Shown one piece after another: positions 1 to 11,730 of a stretch of 64,000 bases of DNA. Both the position numbers and the translations under genes were made by a program. The DNA comes from TPA_inf: Saccharomyces (lineage: Eukaryota), in NCBI GenBank assembly GCA_000146045.2, contig BK006941.2, forward strand, positions 1 through 64,000, given 5' to 3'. The stretch's first letter is position 1. Each line of letters opens with the position of its first letter. The notes beneath the pieces were generated by a model. That model was not told the DNA's origin. It did not search any database and saw nothing but the letters and a program-made list of their open reading frames with translations.

Positions 1-62
1 CCACACCCACACACACCACACCCACACCCACACACTACCCTAACACTACCCTAACCCTATTC
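1..62. repeat. Terminal telomeric repeat tract (C1-3A on the given strand, equivalent to TG1-3), left chromosome end
   Basis: The sequence opens with ccacacccacacacaccacacccacacccacaca, the irregular C1-3A pattern of S. cerevisiae telomeres. It sits at the window edge with the C-rich strand written 5'->3', as expected for a left telomere. Confidence 0.9.
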
Positions 63-340
63 TAACCCAGATCAACCTTCTCACAACTTACCCTCCATTA
101 CCCTACCTCCCCACTCGTTACCCTGTTCCATTCCATTCTACAACTCCAACCACCATCCATCTCTCTACTTACTACTACCATCCACCGCCCATCATAACCG
201 TTACCCTCCAATTACCATATCCAACTCCACTACCATTACCCTACTATTACCCTACCATCCACCATGTCCTACTCACTGTACTGTTGTTCTACCCTCCATA
301 TTGAAACGTTAACAAATAATCGTAAATAATACACATACAC
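63..340. repeat. Subtelomeric X-element combinatorial repeat region with CCCTAA (Tbf1-type TTAGGG) sites
   Basis: CCCTAA hexamers (ccctaacactaccctaaccctattctaaccc) and degenerate ACCCT-rich repeats lie immediately inside the telomeric tract. The boundaries are approximate. Confidence 0.5.
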
Positions 341-781
341 TTACCCTACCACTCTAATCCCACTACCACATGCCATAGCCATCCTCACTTGTATTCTGAT
401 CGGTCATACGCACACGGATGCTACAGTATATACCACTCTCAAACTTACCCTACTCTCACACTCCAATCCATGGCCCATCTCTCTCACTAAATCAGTACTA
501 AATGCACCCACATCATTATTCACGGCACTTGCCTCAGCGGTCTATACCCTGTGCCATTTACCCATAAAGCCCATCATTATCCACATTTTAATATTTATAT
601 CTTATTCGGCGGCCCCAAATATTGTATAACTGCTCTTAATGCATACGTTATACCACTTTTACGCCATATACTTACCACTTAATTTATATACACTTATGTC
701 AATATTACAGAAAAATCACCACTAAAATCACCTAAACATAAAAATATTTTACCTTTCAACTTTACGAAATAAACACTTTGA
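341..781. repeat. X-element core (core X) of TEL07L, boundaries approximate
   Basis: The segment ending ...aaaatcacctaaacataaaaatatttt... matches my recollection of the conserved distal end of core X, which carries the X ACS. No Y' element is present. The inner boundary near 781 is taken from memory of the TEL07L annotation. Confidence 0.5.
734..744 (-). promoter_or_regulatory. ARS consensus sequence, 11/11 match (TTTTATGTTTA on the minus strand), the presumed core-X origin
   Basis: The plus strand reads taaacataaaa. Its reverse complement, ttttatgttta, fits WTTTAYRTTTW exactly. Confidence 0.55.
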
Positions 782-2789
782 CTTGAAGTATGAGCACTAC
801 CATGACGTCATTAATGTAAAAGTTCCTTAATATTGCTATTTTCTTGAACGGATGACATTTCATGTTGAATGTGGTAACCCAATAGCATGATATGAGTAAT
901 GTTTAGACAAAGAAAACATATAGTAGTAAACGTTTAATCCGGTAGTACTTAAGAAACCATAGTTTCTATGTGCAAAAACAGTACCTAGGTAATTATTACA
1001 TTTACATAACATATAGAAAGGTCCAATAAACTTACTACATTATGATATATAAACTAGATCGTAATTCATAACGTCAACACCCAAAAGCATGATACGAGTA
1101 ATGTTTAGTATTTTTTCAGTATTGTTTCAATAATGCGGTACAGAGGAATAGCATACAGTAACAAAATCTTCAATCAACTTGCAACCAAAAAACCCTCAGT
1201 TTATATGTACAAAATAGTAATTCCATGTATCTTCCTTTTTGGTGAGATCAAAGTTTTCAATAGTTGAACCTAAAACAAAATTCCACGATATGAGGAGACT
1301 ATCACCCTTCCTAGAGATAAAATTTTAATTAGCCCGTCTACTTTCTCAAAAATTACAGAGGAATTTTCTGAAGCTATTAATAGAAGTAAGCAGCTAAAGG
1401 CTTAATATGAAAAAACATACAGCCCGAGCCTGTACTAAATGTAACGTAAAATTTTGCCTACGATCTTGTTATATGCCATGAAAAGTTTCTTTTGATGATG
1501 ACAATTGTTTTAAGCTAGCTTTTTTCGGTAATACTACGAAAATTCTAAAATGATCAGTGTGGATACCGAACTATAAATAGGGATGAATGGAGTGAACTTC
1601 AAGTACTGATGCATTTGCTAATAACTAGTTGCTCACATTTAAAGTTCTTTGTCGTTTACAGGCAACTGTTTACCAACGCTGGACAGATAAACATCTAGAA
1701 GTCAATGTTTGGCCAGTAATGCTTTTCTAGTTTTTTTTCCAGTAATTATGATGGCATTACGTATAAACGGAGAGTGATGACGTTTTAAAAGTCATTTGAT
1801 CATACGCAGTTTTTCACTTCGAAATTTATAGCGCTAATTCTCTCCTATAGGGGCATATATGAAGACAGTTAGACTGAACAAAAGAATTTAAATCTTGCGT
1901 ATGTAGGTCTTTAGAGTTTCACAGTTGATGTTTATCGCTGCAAATTTATATAAATCATCATACTGATACTGCTATAATATTTCCTTGTTCAATATTAAGT
2001 GATGGCTTTAAGATAGTCGTTTTTTACAGAGCTTTAGGCAAGAATCTGAGTTTGAGCGTTACAAAGGTGGTTGCTTCAGGCATGTGCCTGGGAAATGAAC
2101 CTAATTGTATCTTTATATTTTTAAATAGTTATGAGGAGTGAGATGCATTATTATATTTATTATAGAGTGAATATTGAGGACTGCCTCGGATTTAACGCAC
2201 CGCAAGCGTATATTCTACTATTTAATTATACCCACTTTTGTAATATAATTATTAATACAATATGTTTTTATTAAAGAGAGTGCAGAGAATCGAAAACCTA
2301 AAGAGTAGATTTGAAATCTAATAGTTTCACCTTAAAACACATCTCCTTTTAAAACTTATTGTAATTATTCATTAGAATTTTTATATTTAATTAATCTATC
2401 CTTTTTACTAATGAAAAATTCTTTAAATAAAAAAATCTATACATCCACTAGAAAGTATATATAAATTTGGGGTACCTGCAATCTTTATTTATTTTATTTG
2501 AAGTAATAGGAATTATTTATATTATTGTGATAAGAAGTAGTATTCTATTATTATAACTATATTAATAAAAAATTTTATTTTCTATTGAAAACCAATTTTT
2601 TACACCAAATATCAGACACGCTTTGTCTATTTCTATCATATAGCGACTGTGATATAATGCGCGCGTGTTTTGAACGGCATTTTTTTAGCCTGCGAATATG
2701 GATAGATGATGGTTTTAGGAAACATATGAACGAACTACCAGGACGTAATAACTGCAAAATAATGTCTCCTGAACTACATCGCCATAGGC

Positions 2790-3932
2790 ATGGATGGAGC
2801 CAAATTTGAAAATACTGTAGCTTTTTTACCATCTGAAATATTTGATTGCTACAATTCCACGCTACCCAAGAATGTATTCCGAAGTTTTGTTACCTGGTCC
2901 TGCTATGAGAAATTCAATTCCTTAGAATTCCGCACTTGGCTATTAATGTGGTTACCACTCATTATTGCGTGGAAAATACGTGGTAAAAGACACTATCTCG
3001 TTATCGTTACTGCTCTTATGTTTGAAGTGCTGTATTTCTTATGGACATATTCGTACATATTCCGAGAACGCACCTTAGGAAAGCAAGTTTCTCAATTTGC
3101 TAAAGAGATCATTACAAATACTCCGGGTATAGACACTGAAGACTGGGAACGTGTTGCAGTAAATTTCAATTCTTATTTATATGAAAATAAACTTTGGAAT
3201 ACTGAGTACTTTTTTTTTGATGGTTCCAGCTGCCAAGAAGCGTTCAGAAAGATGCTTCTTGAGCCATTTTCCTTGAAAAAAAATGACTTTGCTAATGCCA
3301 AGGTACCTGACGGATCTGTTTGTTACACTGAAAAAGCTTTGCAGGTTTATTTTACACAGATAGAGAGAAAATGGCACTGGATTAATTCTGAAGGATTTTT
3401 ACACAATAAAACCACACAGAGTGTTCAATTTTCGAAACATGGTTACGGTTCCAAACTTCTCTGGGCTTTCAAGGAAGTGACAATAATGAATTCACGCTTT
3501 GCGTTCTTCAGTATTGCTTACTTAAACGGTCTCCTTACTATACCAAGACTAAGAAATTCACTGCATATCCTCTATGTATGTGCAGTTCTTTCATCTATGA
3601 TAATTGAATATTTAATAGGGATCGACAAATTCAGGTTCAAATCAATGAATCTGATACATAAACTACAGTTCTTGTCATATATTACATGTGGACACGAGAA
3701 GTCTGATGCAACTAATTGGTCTCAAATTGCGAAGAGGACGAATACTTACATGTTTGAGCAGAAAATTTGGAATTCGCCAATACTGTTCTCAGATGGTATT
3801 GATTGTGAAAAGTTTTTTAAATGGTATTTCAGTACCCCTGTATCTTCGCAAGCGTCTTTGTCAGTTGGTTCCACTGATTTTGAACTCTGGCCATATATAA
3901 AAGAAGCACAATCAGCTTGCAATGATGTGTAA
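2790..3932 (+). CDS. COS12: COS family subtelomeric membrane protein (380 aa)
   Basis: ATG-initiated 380-aa ORF with multiple hydrophobic segments, typical of the COS (DUP380) family. It is the first gene inside TEL07L. Confidence 0.85.
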   Translation: MDGAKFENTVAFLPSEIFDCYNSTLPKNVFRSFVTWSCYEKFNSLEFRTWLLMWLPLIIAWKIRGKRHYLVIVTALMFEVLYFLWTYSYIFRERTLGKQVSQFAKEIITNTPGIDTEDWERVAVNFNSYLYENKLWNTEYFFFDGSSCQEAFRKMLLEPFSLKKNDFANAKVPDGSVCYTEKALQVYFTQIERKWHWINSEGFLHNKTTQSVQFSKHGYGSKLLWAFKEVTIMNSRFAFFSIAYLNGLLTIPRLRNSLHILYVCAVLSSMIIEYLIGIDKFRFKSMNLIHKLQFLSYITCGHEKSDATNWSQIAKRTNTYMFEQKIWNSPILFSDGIDCEKFFKWYFSTPVSSQASLSVGSTDFELWPYIKEAQSACNDV

Positions 3933-5311
3933 TTGGTAAAGATATTGATATACTATTCTTAAAGACCAAAAAAAAGCTGTTAATAACCCAAGTTTAAACA
4001 TTAGTAGATAATGCAATATTTGATGAAGTCTGTAGAGTGCCACTATACATCGTAATAAAATTACACAGTACGTGCTTGTACGGTCGCCATATCATGAGAT
4101 TACTTGAAGCTTCCTTGAAGCTCATACCGTAACCAGTTTTATACGTTTTTCTTTCCTCATACCAACATCCTTTAACGTTTGTTGAGAGAAAATGCGGTAG
4201 TTTTTGTAAAACACCTTACGTGAAAGATATTATTACTATTTCAAGACCAAACGCGTAACGAATGTATATTCTAGTACTGCGTTAAGGTATGAGTTACCCA
4301 TAATAAATTTTATTACTATTAACATTTTCTTGGAGTACTTCGTTTTCTTACTTGATGTACGTTGCTATACAGTACGCATTAAAGAAATTGCAGCTATCGT
4401 CGTGTTTGGTTCATACGGTTGAGTTAATATTTCAAAATAATGTCCGTAATAATTATTACCGACATCTGTCTGCCTTTTATTAACATATCTCGCGTTCAAC
4501 CTGTGCGTTGCTTATCGCTTGAGTAGGGGCGAAACACCTGTTGAAATCTTACGGTGAACTTTCACTATTTAAAGGACTGCTTTTCTCCAAGAGTTTTTAT
4601 TATACAGAAATATCGTAGCAGTATCCCAGCGGGAGATAGATCCTTTTCAGAAATTAACGTTCATGACTGGTCAAGAGAAAATAGGCGCTAAGCGTTTTCA
4701 GATCTGCTGGAGAGTTTGGAGACGCAATATACTGCTATTCATCTTTGTATTTGCTGTTTCCTTTTATTATTTTCGTTCAAGAGATGCAGAAGCTATAGTT
4801 AATACTACGGTAATTGCCTCACCTGTGGTGACTAGTTATCTAATGAAAGGCAAAACTACTATTGGGCGTTAGCAGGTGGTGCCAGTGGATTTTCAATTAC
4901 GCTAGCAGGACTCTCCGGTGCATACGCCGCTAACAAATGTACAGCAGATTCAGGTAGTACTCATGCTGGACTGGAGCTGTAGTTACATTGGTAGCAGATG
5001 CTTTAGATGGAGTTGCTACCACTGCTGATACGATTGCTGGGGCAGCGGCTTTGACGGCAGCAGCGGCAAAAAAGATCTACTGGATATATTGCTACTATTG
5101 CTGGATTAGACTTCCATTCTTCAAGTCCTCGTAATTTCACTGCAATCAACACCACCATGCAAACAGTTGGTCTTGTATTATCAGGAGCATTTGACTATAT
5201 GAACACATAGAAGGCTAATGGCTTAGAAAAGAGAGAACAAAATAACACAGTTACAGAAATGCAGCATGTTTGATATTTTAGTAGTCAGTTGGGTCTTCAT
5301 GTGCCACTCAC

Positions 5312-5839
5312 ATGCGTAATAATGTGACTGAATTGGTCAACAGTATAATAGGTGTTCAAACACCTGGATCGCTACCAGATACTCTTTCTGGGGCACATTC
5401 ATTGCAGAGACGCATAAGCTATTTTGACGTCAATTGGATATCATGGAATTGGGACAATGTAAATGTTGATCTTAATAAAGAGGTAAAAAAAAGTAGGCCC
5501 CTCCTTGGGGAGGAGGACGATCAATGCATGTTCGGTTGGTTCGCAAATAATCCAGGGTGGAAATATTACTGGTCGGTAACTGATAATCCTGATCCAGGAT
5601 ATAAAGAGAATTACTCTGACATTGGAGATGAAAATGCTGTCCACGGTGAATTATATTTTAACACATATGGGGGGTTGATGGCTTCTGTAATGACAACAAA
5701 GATGGTGCTCAATGCGAAGAGACAGCTTGTGGTTATTGATACAATTGTGGTAAAGGCCATCTGCGATTATGTTATGAAATATTGGAAAAAAAAGGTTAAC
5801 CTTACTACGATATCATTATATTTGATGTTAAAGTTATAA
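5312..5839 (+). CDS. Subtelomeric hypothetical protein (175 aa), YGL262W-like
   Basis: 175-aa ORF. Its size and position (second gene in from the telomere) match YGL262W. No domain is recognisable. Confidence 0.55.
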   Translation: MRNNVTELVNSIIGVQTPGSLPDTLSGAHSLQRRISYFDVNWISWNWDNVNVDLNKEVKKSRPLLGEEDDQCMFGWFANNPGWKYYWSVTDNPDPGYKENYSDIGDENAVHGELYFNTYGGLMASVMTTKMVLNAKRQLVVIDTIVVKAICDYVMKYWKKKVNLTTISLYLMLKL

Positions 5840-6289
5840 AGCCAGACATTTTCAATCTTTCTTTAAATCAATGAAAGAAGATGCGCAAATATTGAAAGCA
5901 TTGACTACTAAGACTTAGGAAAAAGCTTCTGTTGACGATTTATAATGTTATATCAAATAATTAAATTTATTTCCTAGATTTTTGAATTGTGAGAGACATC
6001 CCTAGCATGATTTTTTTTCACATATACTTTCAATTTTAATAGAAATGGAGCCGTCAAATTTAACTTATTTTCTATTTTTATAATTGAAAATTTTATTTAT
6101 TCATCTATTCTACATTTTATTTTGGTGTTGGGATTTTTTTCCGGCTTAAATATATGGTCAGATCTTTTATTTATATTACACTTATCTACAATTTGTATTT
6201 ATATCATCAAAAAGAGCTTTTTATTTCTATATTTTATTTTTCGTTACTTACCAATGTCTATAGAATTTCGTTCGTAAAGGCGTTTGTCT

Positions 6290-6652
6290 CTAGTTTGCGA
6301 TAGTGTAGATACCGTCCTTGGATAGAGCACTGGAGATGGCTGGCTTTAATCTGCTGGAGTACCATGGAACACCGGTGATCATTCTGGTCACTTGGTCTGG
6401 GGCAATACCAGTCAACATGGTGGTGAAGTCACCGTAGTTGAAAACGGCTTCAGCAACTTCAACTGGGTAGGTTTCCGTTGGGTGGGCGGCTTGGAACATG
6501 TAGTATTGAGCCAAGTGAGCTCTGATATCAGAGACGTAGACACCTAATTCAACCAAATTGACTCTTTCGTCAGACTGAGCTAGAGTGGTGGTTGCGGAAG
6601 CAGTAGCAGCGATGGCAGCGACACCAGCGGCGATTGAAGTTAATTTGACCAT
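6290..6652 (-). CDS. PAU11: Seripauperin (PAU family, 120 aa)
   Basis: [54 protein letters not shown]... is a canonical PAU/seripauperin sequence with a signal peptide. ATG confirmed as cat at 6650-6652. Confidence 0.9.
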   Translation of the reverse strand: MVKLTSIAAGVAAIAATASATTTLAQSDERVNLVELGVYVSDIRAHLAQYYMFQAAHPTETYPVEVAEAVFNYGDFTTMLTGIAPDQVTRMITGVPWYSSRLKPAISSALSKDGIYTIAN

Positions 6653-6859
6653 TGTATTTGTTTTGTTTTTTAGTGCTGGTATAAGCTTAACAGGAAAGAA
6701 AGAAATAAAGATATATTCTCAAAAGCATACAGTTGAAGCAGCTCTATTTATACCCGTTCCTCTATCAGTCATCACTACTTAAACGATTCGTTAACAGATG
6801 CTCATTTAGCACCTCACATATCCTCCATATCTCATCTTTCACACAATCTCATTATCACT

Positions 6860-7090
6860 ATGGAGATGCTCTTGTTTCTGAACGAATCATACATCTTTCA
6901 TAGACTTCGTATGTGGAGTATTGTATTATGGCACTCATGTGTATTCGTATGCGCAGAATGTGGGAATGCCAATTATAGGGTGCCGAGGTGCCTTATAAAA
7001 CCCTTTTCTGTGCCTGTGACATTTCCTTTTTCGGTCAAAAAGAATATCCGAATTTTAGATTTGGACCCTCGTACAGAAGCTTATTGTTAA
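6860..7090 (+). CDS. Small subtelomeric ORF (76 aa), YGL260W-like, weak coding evidence
   Basis: ATG-initiated 76-aa ORF at the position expected for YGL260W. No recognisable domain. Confidence 0.35.
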   Translation: MEMLLFLNESYIFHRLRMWSIVLWHSCVFVCAECGNANYRVPRCLIKPFSVPVTFPFSVKKNIRILDLDPRTEAYC

Positions 7091-8469
7091 AGCCCATACT
7101 CAGTCTGTTCTAAACGGCTTCCATGCAAGAAATATTTCTATCTCTTGAATTCGTACAACATTAAACGTGTGTTGGGAGTCGTATACTGTTGGCGTCTGCA
7201 AATTTGTGAATTCTCCGCGAATGCCTTGGTGCAATTACGTAATTGTAGCCGCTGAAGGCGGATGGTTTTGAGAGAAGTTGATGTTCAAAGAATCGTGTAT
7301 GATAAAAAAAAAAAATTGTAACCAATTCGTAAATACTGAAACTCTTTGCAGTAAGAAATCTTTCATTCCCAGAGAGAACGCGGAAATATTCAGCCTAAGT
7401 CTCTCCAAATTGATTTCTTTCATTTTGGTAGCGAAAGACTTAGTATCAACCTCAAAAAGCTGAAATTTTTGTAGATATATGTGCAGATGACATGAAGTAT
7501 CCAGCTCTTTTGTGAATATGGAAGCAAGTTTCTTTCAAATTATTATCGACTTTTCCTCTGCCCCTTTTACCTTATAACTTTAGGAAACACTACCCTATTC
7601 ATACTCAACTAAAAAAGTAGTACGTTTTCTTCTTTGAGAGGTATGGTGCAAACCAGTGCAATCTGATTCCAGATTGCCCTCACGTGAGGCTTCAGTAAAT
7701 CTCGATCCCTCTACATATTATATTATCTCCTACTTGGCAAAATAGATGTGGCTTTAGTTGATGAAAATTTACCACGTCAACTATTTATGTCCTTTCTACA
7801 ATAAACCCCGACCTACTATCCTCTATGTTGTTTTTAACATACCATACGAGCGTCATATGTCTTTTGGTTCACTGGGGAAGACCATCACTGTTGAACGTTT
7901 GTTGAAAAGTTCGAGATGATGAAGATTGCATAACAAAATGTAAAGTTATATTTAGAAACTATAACGGTTCAAGACATTCAACACTATAACATAGCTTGGC
8001 TGGCTTGAACAAAAAGAGGAAGAAGCAAAAGCAAGAGTAAAAAGCTTCTCATATATTTCTGGCATTGTTGATCACCCAGTGCAAGCCCAATTTCGCCTGT
8101 GCTTTTCTTAAATTGTTTCTGACAACACCGAGGTTTTCGCTGCAGAAAAGGACATATGGTGGTAATTTGTATAAGGGGTTAAGGGTCCAAAAATTTGCTA
8201 CCCTATCGCTCACTATAGCAAAATATCTCGAGAGATATCCGAGGAGTTAAAACTGACTAGACCTGTTGCGTAAACCTCATGCAAGCAGTACTCTTCGAGG
8301 ATTTAAGCTTTGGAACTGCTTTCAAAGTTGAGAGTATATAAGGTGTTATGATCTTGGAATAAGGTTTTTCATCGTTCTTCCTTGTTCTCTATTTTCATTG
8401 GTTGATCAGTTGTTAAATTTTGTCTCTTTCGAAAATAAGGATATTTGAAGACAACGCAACGCTATCAAT

Positions 8470-8967
8470 ATGCAATTGTTTTCCATCCTCTCTTTGTTGT
8501 CATCATTGATGTGTTCATTGACCGTTTTAGGGTCTTCCGCAAGTTCCTATGTTAAGTTTCCTGTTCAAAAGTTTGCTGATATTATAAATATAGGCACACA
8601 GGATGTTTCTACCGTCTTCAAAAGAAATGAGGTTCTTAACACCACAGTGATAAATGGAATAGGAGTGTATGTTGTCAAGATGGAAATCGGAACGCCTCCA
8701 CAAACGGTGTACCTACAGTTAGATACTGGCTCTTCAGATATGATTGTGAATAATGCTGACATTGCCTATTGCAAATCGATGTCTGACGGATCTGACTACG
8801 CTTCAACTGATAATTACGAACTCACGGCAACATTCACTGGGCCTCGTTCTACTACCACCTCACCAGAGCTTATAACACTGTCCGCTCTTATAGGGGTAAA
8901 TTCAATGCAAGAAACTCATCTACTTTTAAGAATAACGCGACTTTCTTCAATGACATATACGTATTAG
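8470..8967 (+). CDS. YPS5: Truncated yapsin-family (GPI-anchored aspartic protease) N-terminal fragment, 165 aa, a likely gene relic
   Basis: Signal peptide [21 protein letters not shown] is followed by the pepsin-type catalytic motif [10 protein letters not shown]. The ORF terminates after 165 aa, where a full yapsin is about 570 aa. Downstream homology continues in other frames (see findings). Confidence 0.75.
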   Translation: MQLFSILSLLSSLMCSLTVLGSSASSYVKFPVQKFADIINIGTQDVSTVFKRNEVLNTTVINGIGVYVVKMEIGTPPQTVYLQLDTGSSDMIVNNADIAYCKSMSDGSDYASTDNYELTATFTGPRSTTTSPELITLSALIGVNSMQETHLLLRITRLSSMTYTY

Positions 8968-9149
8968 AAGGAACCTATGGTACGGACGTTGTCTCTTTAA
9001 AGAATTTTTCACCTTAAATAATATCATTGTTGGCCTATTAAATTATAAAATGGGCAATCCAAGTGGCATTTTAGGCATATCCCTTCCCCTTGCAGAATTT
9101 ACAGATAATGTTGAAAATGCATTTGCTTTGAACAGAAAACTCTTCGTAT

Positions 9150-9395
9150 ATGAGAATTCTAATGGCATTTGAAAGACAAGGAAAGATCGAAAAGAAGATA
9201 TCGTATTCCTTATTTTTGAATGGACCTAATGTACACTTTGGGAGCATCTTATTCGGTGCAGTCGATAAAAGTAAGTACGCAGAAGAGCTCTGCACACATC
9301 CTATGCGTCAAGCTTATAATACCCTTGATTCAAACTCAAGAATAATTATCACAGTACAGAGTGTTGCAATTTTGGACGGCAAACTTGTATGGTAA
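9150..9395 (+). CDS. Small ORF encoding an internal yapsin-like fragment (81 aa from the first ATG at 9150; 77 aa from the second ATG at 9162), YGL258W-A-like
   Basis: The translation contains [27 protein letters not shown], which resembles the conserved yapsin/pepsin segment (compare LYLNSPDA..IIFGGVDNAKYSG). It belongs to the same decayed gene as YPS5. Confidence 0.45.
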   Translation: MRILMAFERQGKIEKKISYSLFLNGPNVHFGSILFGAVDKSKYAEELCTHPMRQAYNTLDSNSRIIITVQSVAILDGKLVW

Positions 9396-11109
9396 AAGTG
9401 TTGTAGATATTCAGTTTCCAGTGCCATTAAATTCCGGTACATATTCTGTTTACCTACAAAATTTGTAAATTGGATTATTAAGAGTTTTAATGAGAAATAT
9501 AACTCTGATGATCAAGGCTACACTTTTGACTGCTCAAAAGTCAGGATACTTTACTGTGTGTCGACTTTGAATGACTTAATATATTGAGTTTATCTCCGAT
9601 AGTGTCCCAGCGCCACCCCTTGCTCCAGGATACTCCAGTATGTCGGTATATAAGTCTGATAGCTCCATCGGGACAGGAGATTTTATTAATGTCAGCTGAA
9701 CCTCGTATTTAGAATTTTCACAGTACACATCATTGCTTGTCACTGGAATGCAAGGCGATGGTGTTAGTTCTTTCCCAAGTGGGGGCAGTTCTAGCAAAAT
9801 GGCCCCTAAAAAAAAAAAGGTTGCATATATCGTTCTTCTTTTTCCTATTCATTGCTGTGCTTCACATCTTATTTTCTTTCATAATTAAAGAAGAGCCATA
9901 TAGTTTCGCATTGTACTACTGTGTAAGACAGCAAGTTTTTTGATAGACAACAAGAGGAGCTATAGTGGTAATACGAGTTATACTCATAGGTCCTATCTCC
10001 TATTCGTATTTATTACATTGTACTCTGCGGCTTCATATACAAATAATAAACTTATAAGGAAGGATTATACATTTTTGGAAATATTATCGCTACGATAGAT
10101 AATGTGATGAGTTTTACAAGTGTAAAATTCTTCCGTAGAGTTTGAGGGCAATCGCAAAATTTCCGGAGAGTCCTTGATAAATTATTACAGTGAAAACGTA
10201 TATGAAATGTTCCAATTGAGATATCTCGCTTATATTAATACTTCTTCTTTCTTTTACCATATATTTTCTAATTGGCCGCTCAGCTATAGCGATCTTTACA
10301 TGTATACTTTGAAGTTTTTTTAAACAGTGCACCCGTGCATCATACCTCATGCAAGGTACCTTTTTTTCTCAAAGGTATTGTCTTCTATTGAAGTGGCACT
10401 ATGGCATGATGAACCCTGAGCATTTCCGAATTCAACAGAACCAAATTGTCCAGAATTAAATCTGTCCGTCATGAAATAAGCAACTTTTTTTCAATCAAGT
10501 GAAGTGAGTTTTGCAGTATCTTACCATTATTTTGACCTATTGGCCGCATGTTTGTGCTTTGACTTCGAGAACCATGTTAAAGCTTACTTGTACGACAACC
10601 AATGAAGTACATTACGGCAGTTTTTTGGACTGGGTCAAAAAAAGTGTTGCATAATCAAATCAGGAACACATTAAAATGTTATAAAATTTGTCTTAGTATG
10701 ACCTGAGTGGTTATTCATTACGTACTACTGTCAAAATATTCGGATCTTTCCTAAACGGGCTTTTGAATTAGTGTTGCTTCTATTCCTGGAATGGAAGGTA
10801 GTAATTTCATGCATTCTCGCTTTTCGGACTTTTAACAATAAATTAAAAACAATGATACTTTCATCAACTACCTATACACCCTGCGGGTCAATTATTTTTT
10901 TTTTCGAATAACCGCTGAGGTTGGAAATATAGAAACATATTCCAGATCTGTATTTTCAGTTGCTAGAAAAAGGTTAATATTATCATTAAGGTTTTCAGCA
11001 TATAACAGGTATAATTGATATATAAGCATCGTAATTTTCATTCAAAATGGAGAGCTACTGCTTCTGATAGATTGTACAATCTCAAGAAATCAAGAACAAC
11101 AACCATACC

Positions 11110-11730
11110 ATGAGTTTCCTAAGCATTTTTACTTTTTTCAGCGTCCTTATTTCTGTTGCAACAACCGTCAGATTTGATTTGACTAACGTTACCTGTAAGG
11201 GCCTACATGGACCTCATTGTGGTACCTACGTTATGGAAGTCGTTGGTCAAAACGGTACATTTTTGGGTCAATCTACGTTTGTTGGCGCCGACGTCTTGAC
11301 TGAAAGCGCTGGTGATGCTTGGGCAAGATATTTGGGCCAGGAAACAAGATTCCTCCCAAAGTTGACTACTATTGCTAGTAACGAGACAAAGAACTTTTCT
11401 CCACTCATCTTCACCACCAATATCAACACTTGTAACCCTCAATCCATTGGTGACGCTATGGTTCCTTTTGCTAACACTGTTACTGGTGAAATTGAATATA
11501 ACTCTTGGGCAGACACTGCTGATAACGCTTCCTTCATAACCGGTTTAGCTAACCAATTGTTCAACTCTACCGATTATGGCGTTCAAGTTGCTTCCTGTTA
11601 CCCAAATTTTGCTTCTGTTATCTTAAGCACCCCAGCTGTGAATATTTTCGGTAAGGATGACACATTACCAGATTATTGTACCGCCATTCAGCTAAAGGCC
11701 GTTTGTCCACCAGAAGCTGGTTTTGATTAA
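11110..11730 (+). CDS. VEL1: Secreted zinc-regulated protein of unknown function (206 aa) with signal peptide, VEL1/YGL258W
   Basis: 206-aa ORF with the N-terminal signal peptide MSFLSIFTFFSVLISVATT. Position and length match VEL1, a Zap1 target and paralogue of YOR387C. Confidence 0.7.
   Translation: MSFLSIFTFFSVLISVATTVRFDLTNVTCKGLHGPHCGTYVMEVVGQNGTFLGQSTFVGADVLTESAGDAWARYLGQETRFLPKLTTIASNETKNFSPLIFTTNINTCNPQSIGDAMVPFANTVTGEIEYNSWADTADNASFITGLANQLFNSTDYGVQVASCYPNFASVILSTPAVNIFGKDDTLPDYCTAIQLKAVCPPEAGFD

Noticed and set aside
390-415. Possible Abf1 site (gtcatacgcacacgg) in the X element
   Set aside because: The spacing does not fit RTCRYN5ACG (there are 6 nt between the half-sites), so it is not called.
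2575-2832. Overlapping 85-aa (minus) and 74-aa (plus) ORFs upstream of COS12
   Set aside because: They lie in extremely AT-rich, low-complexity subtelomeric DNA, have no coding periodicity, and overlap each other and the COS12 start. They are spurious.
9576-9943. Small ORFs 9576-9797 (minus) and 9737-9943 (plus)
   Set aside because: They fall within the decayed yapsin relic and AT-rich spacer. They are most likely chance frames with no domain signal.
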